57,385 bases of DNA from Catajapyx aquilonaris. Lineage: Eukaryota. The DNA is taken from contig JYFJ02002405.1 of the NCBI GenBank assembly GCA_000934665.2, positions 1 through 57,385 on the forward strand, given 5' to 3'. Positions 51,801 through 57,385 of the stretch are shown here, in pieces; the stretch's first letter is position 1; every line of letters starts with the position of its first letter. The position numbers and the translations under genes were made by a program. The notes beneath the pieces are model-generated. The model saw only the letters and a list, made by a program, of their open reading frames with translations, was not told where the DNA came from and ran no database searches.

Positions 51801-54800
51801 TAATTAATTACAAATCAATATTCCAATATTCCAGGTGGAGTCAGCAGCTGTCAAGTTCAAAGTACAATGGAGTTGCAGTGAATCCTTTGCATTGCTAGTT
51901 GGTGAGAAAGAAATTTCTGGAGAACCACGTTCTGAGCTGTGTGTTGCACAGTTGACACATGGTAACAAGTATTATTTTCGAGTTGCTGCTGGTAACTTGA
52001 AAGGCTATGGCACATTTCAAGTGTCACAGCCAAGCTCAGTGGTGCCATCCAGTTGGCGTGATGTTGAGGGTCGGAGGTCTAGATATGCTGGACGATTACC
52101 AGCCCTGGATGACCTGTTCAGACAGGTAATGTATTGCTTGAATTTAGACAAAGACAGTGCAGTACCACAAATAGAAGTAGCTTTCACATTATGAAGAGCT
52201 TCACAATATAAACTGGACTCTAGATTTTATCTATGCAGTTTCTGCATCTCAGCTACTGGTACTTTAAAAATCAATTAACTTTGTACAGCATCTTGTTAAA
52301 CTTCAAAATTTCCATCTAAGTTAGGAAATTTTATCGTACCTCTTCTCAGCACATATAGTGCATTGACTGTTGCAGGTTGGGTACTGCAAAGCCAGGTTAC
52401 CGGTACTTCTAAGAAGCTGTAATGAGAAGGCCTGTTTTATAAAAACTCTCTAATCCTTTAAACAGGTACGAAGTGACATCGCGGCAGCCATGGAAACTCC
52501 AACAAACCAAAGGCGCAACCAGAAGAAAATTAGTATCAAGCAATTGTTTGCTGCTGCTCCAAAGTTTCACAAGACCTTTAAAAGAGGTGTTTACCTTGCT
52601 TGTTTGCTGTATGCAGAGGATAAGATTCTAGTGACTGCAGAAGAGTTCATTCCTGTGGTGGAAGTTGATGAGACGTACCCCAGTTCCATAAACACTGACT
52701 TCCATTGGCTGATGAAGGTAGCTTGCACTTGGGACGATGTGAAGGGTTTGAAGCAGGACATGGAGAAGAGCTTGAGTTCATCTACAGTTCACTTCAGGAT
52801 TAAGTTACTTCAAGCTGCAGCTCACATGCAACAGACCTTAGGTAGGCAAAAGCATAAAATAGACGATATTTGTTGAATGACAACATACAGAATAGTAAAT
52901 AAAAATTGTTGTGCCAATCCTTTAAAAAAATTGTCTGATGGATAGTAACAATAATTTAGGAATTGTCGAACTTGTCAACTTATATAAACTAGAAAAATAC
53001 TGTACATAATTCTGCATCAAAAAATGTTTCGAATTCTGTAGTAAATACATCTAACCACTAATTACCTGTCAATTGCATAGGTATCCAGGACCTGGGACAG
53101 TTGTATTACAAGCCCCTGAAAGACACCAATGGTACTTTGCTGGTCAGCACAGTCAACTACGTCCGTTCTCCCAAGAGCATGTCATCACTCAATGTGAAGT
53201 GGGTTCCAATATCGAGGGTTCAACGAAGAACCTGTATGACTGAGGAGCAGACAGTGGGTGACATGCTCGTAGCATCTGTAGGGGACCAAATTCTATACCA
53301 CCAAACAAGTAGCATACCATTAGCAAGAGGTTTGTACTTGGGTTACCTCAAGCTCAAAAGTTCAGTTGATCTCATCAGGGTACTGGTCACAGAGAAGACG
53401 CCAAATGTACTTCCGCATTGTAAGGTGCGCGACAATCCTCATGTCTCCTGGTAAGTAATACTTGTTGCCTTTGCAAGCTTTTTTATTTTTCACAAAAATT
53501 GTGTGACAGTAACAGTTGTTCCAAGAGCATTTCTTTGAGGGAGGGCTGGAGGGATAAATGAAATAAGAAAAATAATAGTCCTGTCACATGTCAGTAGAAC
53601 CTCAAGTGTATTGTATATTATTACTTCTGAAATAAGTTTGTTTTCGCAGTGAGGAGTGGGAGTGGGTTCGCCGTATGGCTCGACGCTGTAGGAGATCCCT
53701 CTCATCAGACACAATGGCTTCTGAGGAAGGGTTTGAATCAGAAGATGCCTCAGAAGGAAATGAGGATGATGAAGTGCAACAAACAGAGGTGCAATCACAG
53801 TTTGAACGCCAACTGTCCTCTGCATCACGCCGTCTCTTCAATCTTCTAGATGTTAACTCTGACCTTGCCCTTTTGCATCGACTTTATGACAGTGAAGTCA
53901 TTGAACTCACCCCTGAGGTGTCTTTTATAATATTAATACCTCCTCTCGATTCAGTCTGTACTGTGCCAGGTCAGGGGGAATTACACTTGCAGCGAGATGG
54001 GCTTATCCCTTTACCAGTGCAAGTTTTTGAAACTGTGCATCTCGCAACTTACCAACGTGAATTGTTGTGTCGTTACTCACGGCTAAGCTCTATACTTGAG
54101 ATGGACACAGTACTGGCACAGCACAACAGACGGGAGGCTTTCTCACCTGGTGAGGTTGAAGTTGCGAATAAGAGAGTCAGCCGGTTGCAGGAACTCCAGG
54201 GTCAGGTTGACCATACCTGGAAAGGGTCAAGGTACGGCTTTCATGTTTTCACCAGAAAGTGGTTGATCCTCTAAACTTGGTACAACCTGCATAATATTAA
54301 TGAGATGTATGAAAGTATGGTAATTATTCAATCTATCGCTTTAGGTGGCTAATGGATGTCCTTAGTTTTGCACGGGACAAGGCTGGTGGAGGGATGCCAG
54401 TTCGCATATTGCTACAGAGTGACTCTGATTCTGGTGTGTTGCCAGTTCCTGGTCTCTCTCGTAAGGATCTACTAAGGTTGGCTCCAAAGCTAGCCAAGAG
54501 TGGATTCCAGAAGTCCAGTACGGCAGAGTGTCTAGTGGCTAAAGGACTTATTGTGGGGAAAGGAGTGGGAGTGGAGAAAGTTGGTGGTGAAAGACCAGGG
54601 AGTGCATTTTCTGCTACTTCTCTTGTGTTTGGGGAAGGAGAGGTTACGGCACCTTCTGGCAGGACAGCACTCTTATCACAGGGTCCAGGGGAGAGGAGCA
54701 AGAGTGACCAGCAGCTTCAGTTACCCAACTCTCCACACAAGAGGTATATATGCCAACATCACATAATATTCCATTATTAATCCCAGCCAACACTTCACTT

Positions 54801-55723
54801 CCAGACTTGTGACATCCAGAAGTGAAAATCAGCTTGACTGGAGTAGCGGCAGTGTGAGTGTAAGCAGAGGAGGAAGCAGCGGAGTGGTTGGAGGAGGAGG
54901 AGGAGGAGGGAACAGCAGCATCGGTGGAAGCATGAGCAGCAGAGCAGACCTTGCAGATTGTGATCTTCCTAGGAAGGTCAGTTTGCCTCTGCCTGGATTC
55001 AGGTCCTCGACTCCTCCAATGATGAGGCGGTGCCAGCACTCCCAAAGTGACTCAACGATCTCAGACAGAATGAATGTGGGGGGTGGGATTGGAGGGGGGA
55101 GTGAAAGTGGGGAGAATAAAGGAAAAGAGGAAGAGGAAGGAGGGAATGGATCCCAAGACATTCAGATGGGGAGCCGTGACAGTGTGAGGTCGTCCTCATC
55201 TCTGCCTCCTCCTGCATCTGAGAGGCTCCGAGACAACTTGATGGCATCAGGAAGCTGCTCAGACTTGGCGTCTGGTGTGCTGCAGGTTAGTGAAGCCCTG
55301 TCCCTGGGCAGATTAATGTGTTAGTTGGCAAACATTGACTATCAAGTACACACTCCCTTATGACATCCTTTCTACCTTCAGGTTTATGCGGCCTACGAAA
55401 CAGGCTTGGCCCAAGGCACCAGTGTCAGGCTTCAAGTAACAAGTGCCACTACCTCAAGAGAAGTAGTGGAATTAGTAGTGAAGCAGTTGAACATGGCAGT
55501 AGTTCTGAAGGGAAAGGAAGGTCCTGTTTATTCACAGGAACAACTGAAAGGGTTTTGTTTGGTGGCTGTGATTGGGGCAAGAGAAAGATGTCTAAGGGAC
55601 GATTTTAGGCCATTACAGCTGCAGAATCCATGGCGGCAAGGTAGGTTATATGTACGGATGAGGAGGGATGTGTTGGCAGCACTTAATCACAGCTCCAGGC
55701 AGTCCGCAGCAGCTTATTTGTAG
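18680..55723 (+). CDS. wake: Wide awake / ANKFN1 (ankyrin repeat and fibronectin type-III domain protein, RA domain); longest model 15 coding exons, 1441 aa
   Basis: join(18680-18825,30645-30874,43349-43652,44621-44844,48724-48825,50657-50735,50807-50910,51128-51423,51835-52125,52466-52841,53081-53450,53650-54231,54345-54743,54805-55285,55382-55723) = 4326 nt. All introns are GT-AG and all phases match. ANK-ANK-FN3 architecture, GLYLGYLK motif and C-terminal RA domain are typical of the wake/ANKFN1/Nmf9 family. Confidence 0.9.
25567..25717. mobile_element. Degenerate hAT-like MITE
   Basis: Ends GGTGGTTCTTAAA... and ...TTTTTGAAGCACTG resemble CAGTGGTTCTCAAA-type hAT TIRs, with a subterminal GTGGGCCACGG. 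Heavily diverged. Confidence 0.35.
30514..30587. repeat. Tandem duplication of a 37-bp unit
   Basis: GTGTTATCCTGTCATGTAGGCAGCCAACAAGTCTGGG (30514-30550) then GTGTTATCCTGTCATATAGGCAGCCAACAAGCCAGGG (30551-30587). Confidence 0.9.
30645..30874 (+). CDS. wake: wake exon 2 (...PPPLLRSRTLPSIVVPGINILQAQIDAKYQAK)
   Basis: Acceptor TTGTTTTTTTCAG|, donor AAG|GTGAGT; phases 2 and 1 fit the neighbouring exons. Confidence 0.85.
43349..43652 (+). CDS. wake: wake exon 3 (Ser-rich, ...NNNDDQRRRLSWE)
   Basis: Branch-like ACTAAC at 43323, acceptor TTTCGTTGCAG|, donor AG|GTCAGC; phases 1 and 2. Confidence 0.8.
44621..44844 (+). CDS. wake: wake exon 4 (GGDSFGRMKRSASIDSMV...)
   Basis: Acceptor TTCCGTTTCCAG|, donor CCG|GTGAGT; phases 2 and 1. 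Confidence 0.82.
47684..47954 (+). CDS. wake: Candidate alternative first coding exon of wake (MALVTKDELKRSSQWLTSRLHRLSVRRKTHSD...)
   Basis: ATG at 47684 and 90 open codons; donor A|GTATGT at 47955 is in phase 1, in frame with exon 5. Inr-like TCAGT at ~47618 and ~47635. Confidence 0.55.
48724..48825 (+). CDS. wake: wake exon 5 (ERKREGMELLAGLNLTKAERKRLEKLNKINIHLY)
   Basis: Long T tract plus CAG acceptor; donor ATG|GTAAGA; phase 1/1. Confidence 0.88.
50657..50735 (+). CDS. wake: wake exon 6 (ankyrin repeat 1: ALFAAVEHGQLEKVRTILDTTEVDVN)
   Basis: Matches the ankyrin consensus; acceptor TTCCTCCTCAG|, donor AA|GTAAAT. Too short to appear in the ORF track. Confidence 0.92.
50807..50910 (+). CDS. 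wake: wake exon 7 (ankyrin repeat 2: VNSDGFTTLDISVMMNHLQLTKLLMAYGA)
   Basis: Matches the ankyrin consensus; acceptor TTTCAG|, donor G|GTGAGA. Confidence 0.93.
51128..51423 (+). CDS. wake: wake exon 8 (helical linker and start of FN3)
   Basis: Open frame ARSRDGLSSHLSQLLKEAERR...PPDQPSWVAVEVIGPNAVKIKFREPDCQ; donor CAG|GTAAAG. Confidence 0.9.
51835..52125 (+). CDS. wake: wake exon 9 (FN3 domain)
   Basis: KFKVQWS...LTHGNKYYFRVAAGNLKGYG FN3 signature; donor CAG|GTAATG. Confidence 0.95.
52466..52841 (+). CDS. wake: wake exon 10
   Basis: KQLFAAAPKFHKTFKRGVYLACLLY...DFHWLMKVACTWDDVK; acceptor AAACAG|, donor G|GTAGGC. Confidence 0.93.
53081..53450 (+). CDS. wake: wake exon 11 (contains GLYLGYLK motif)
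   Basis: GIQDLGQLYYKP...RGLYLGYLKLKSSVD...PNVLPHCKVRDNPHVS; donor TG|GTAAGT. Confidence 0.95.
53650..54231 (+). CDS. wake: wake exon 12
   Basis: EEWEWV...HRLYDSEVIELTPEVSFIILIPP...FETVHLATYQ...YSRLSSILEMD...REAFS; acceptor TTTTCGCAG|, donor AG|GTACGG. Confidence 0.93.
54345..54743 (+). CDS. wake: wake exon 13 (WLMDVLSFARDK...)
   Basis: Acceptor CTTTAG|, donor AG|GTATAT; phase 2/2. Confidence 0.88.
54805..55285 (+). CDS. wake: wake exon 14 (Ser/Gly-rich low-complexity linker)
   Basis: Follows a 61-nt intron ending CTTCCAG; open frame to GVLQ; donor CAG|GTTAGT. Confidence 0.85.
55382..55723 (+). CDS. wake: wake exon 15 (Ras-association domain, stop TAG)
   Basis: VYAAYETGLAQGTSVRLQVTSATTSREVVELVVKQLN...FCLVAVIGARERCLRDDFRPLQLQNPWRQGRLYVR, an RA-type domain typical of invertebrate wake. 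Confidence 0.94.
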   Translation, partial: VYAAYETGLAQGTSVRLQVTSATTSREVVELVVKQLNMAVVLKGKEGPVYSQEQLKGFCLVAVIGARERCLRDDFRPLQLQNPWRQGRLYVRMRRDVLAALNHSSRQSAAAYL

Positions 55724-57291
55724 GCAAATCCATTTGGAAATTATGGAATTTGTTTGAAGAGGCAAAAACCTCACAATGTTAAGCTGTTGATAAGTTGCTT
55801 GCTGGCATTTTTATCAACATTTGCGCTTAAATCATCAGTGCATTTCACCTGAGCCAGAACATATGCTGCTAAACACATGATCTGCGTCACGTTACACTGC
55901 TGCACCAAATTCAGCATGGAAGTTTTAAAGTCGTCAGTACAATATTCCAACATTTCTAATTACTGTACTGCAAATGAAGGTTAATATTATGGTGAAGACC
56001 TTCCCTACATCAGAATAAGGTGACTTTCCATGTTGTAATTGGGTATTTTCCGGTTCATGTGAACACTTGTAATGATTTTAAATGAGGGCAACAAAAGCAG
56101 TAAAATAAGATTTTACATTCTCAGACAGAAGTAAGCTGCATTTTAAACCATACAAAGAACTCAAATCCAGTATTAATAAGCCATCAGATTCTAGGAGAAT
56201 GACATCTCGTTATTATTTCATGAAAAAAATCCTGCCATTATCGCTGTTAAAGCCAAGAAACTACTGCGTAGTATCTTATTTTGGCATTTACAACACCAAA
56301 TCTGTGGAGCTTATTCTGCTACTAAAGCTTCACTCTAAAATGTTGTTGTTTGTTGTTGTTGACCGAGTTGTAAGGGAACAGGACTAACATAGGGACGCAA
56401 AATATTATTTATTACAGGAACATGTTTTTGGGGTGGGCTGGGAGGGAAAAGTCAAAAATTGTGATAAATATTGACACTGACAGGGACTGGTTGAAACGAG
56501 CTTTTTGTGAGAACAGGTGAAGAAATCCGCTTCAACTCCCAATTTTTGCTCATGTGCAAATGGCTGTAGACTGTGTGTAAAAATATGAGGAAATAGCCAA
56601 TTATTTTCTTGATTTTTTTGTTAACTTTTGGGTGCTCGTCTTATGACAATCTTAAAAGTGTTTTAAAAGAAAAACTATAGGCGTATAGAATGTGGTTATT
56701 TATTTTGCCAGATTTCATCTCGTTTTATACGTACCATTTAGCCCTGGTAAACAAAAAAATAACTTGCAGGGTTAAAAACTGTATTTTTAAAAATGAATGG
56801 AATGAGTAGAGACAATCCTAAGACAACGCAAGTGTATTACTCTTTAAGTGTACAGTTTCTGGGGATATCAGAAGTGGGTTAGTGCATGTAGATACACCAC
56901 AGTTGACAAATGTAGGTTGTGTCTTGTATTGTTGTCTAACCTGCAACATTAACGTGGAAAATGTTTGGCAACCTGGACTGTTCCATGCGAAATGTTATGT
57001 CTGGATGTTACTTGTAAGTTTTATCCCCACCACCACCTCCGCCACTGTGTATATAACACATGTAGACCACTTTCTGCACATAACTTTGTATAGATGACAT
57101 AAAAGAAGTGAAATGAAGGTTTGGGATATAGTTCTGAGCTCTGTGTTGACCAGTACTTCTTATGGTGTTTAACCAAGATCTCATTTGTTACTTGTAAACT
57201 ATGTGCATACCCCTGACAAATTCTCCAAGAAATATTTACATTCCCGTGGGTGAACTACCTAGGTCCTTGGCCATAATCTGAACCCAATTAA

Positions 57292-57385
57292 AGGCCGGTA
57301 TCCACGTATGAGAATCTCGCATACGAGGAGCCGCGAGGAGCCAACTGCGCATGCCCAGATGCGAGGAAAAGAGAAAAAGTAGAAA
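57292..57385. mobile_element. Probable left end of a PIF/Harbinger-like MITE, truncated by the window edge
   Basis: TAA followed by AGGCCGGTATCCAC, an abrupt switch to CpG-rich sequence, and an internal CGAGGAGCC repeat. The other end lies outside the window. Confidence 0.4.

Noticed and set aside
55721..55855. Readthrough of the wake TAG (about 43 open codons follow)
   Set aside because: The context is not leaky, and the length is within chance.
7339..55865. CATATG (Dimm-type E-box) sites suggesting Dimm regulates wake or itself
   Set aside because: About 17 sites found by eye, roughly chance expectation for this base composition, with no clustering.
1..57385. Conserved arthropod miRNA genes in the large introns
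   Set aside because: No mature sequence I remember was seen by eye; a miRBase/Rfam scan would be needed to exclude them properly.

Overview
This is eukaryotic, intron-containing genomic DNA from an arthropod, most likely an insect; the species cannot be determined from the sequence. Two + strand genes can be rebuilt exon by exon with consistent GT-AG phases. (1) A 4-coding-exon bHLH gene of the dimmed/Mist1 (BHLHA15) type, CDS join(6330-6465,6556-6875,7663-7799,7858-8053), 262 aa. (2) A wide awake/ANKFN1 (Nmf9) gene with ankyrin repeats, an FN3 domain, the GLYLGYLK motif and a C-terminal Ras-association domain; the longest model has 15 coding exons over 18680-55723 (1441 aa). The wake locus also has candidate internal alternative first exons, one embedded in a cluster of CACGTG E-boxes, a candidate 27-nt microexon, and a sharp CpG-rich to CpG-poor switch along the gene body. 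The rest is intron or intergenic DNA with a tRNA-derived SINE flanked by a target-site duplication, several MITE-like ends, and short tandem repeats. Most ORFs in the supplied track are spurious. I found no RNA gene, CRISPR array or clearly new multi-gene system. The best leads are wake isoform and regulatory features, a possible divergent orphan ORF at the wake promoter, and a possible decayed coding insertion at about 11.4-12.7 kb. All counts were made by eye.
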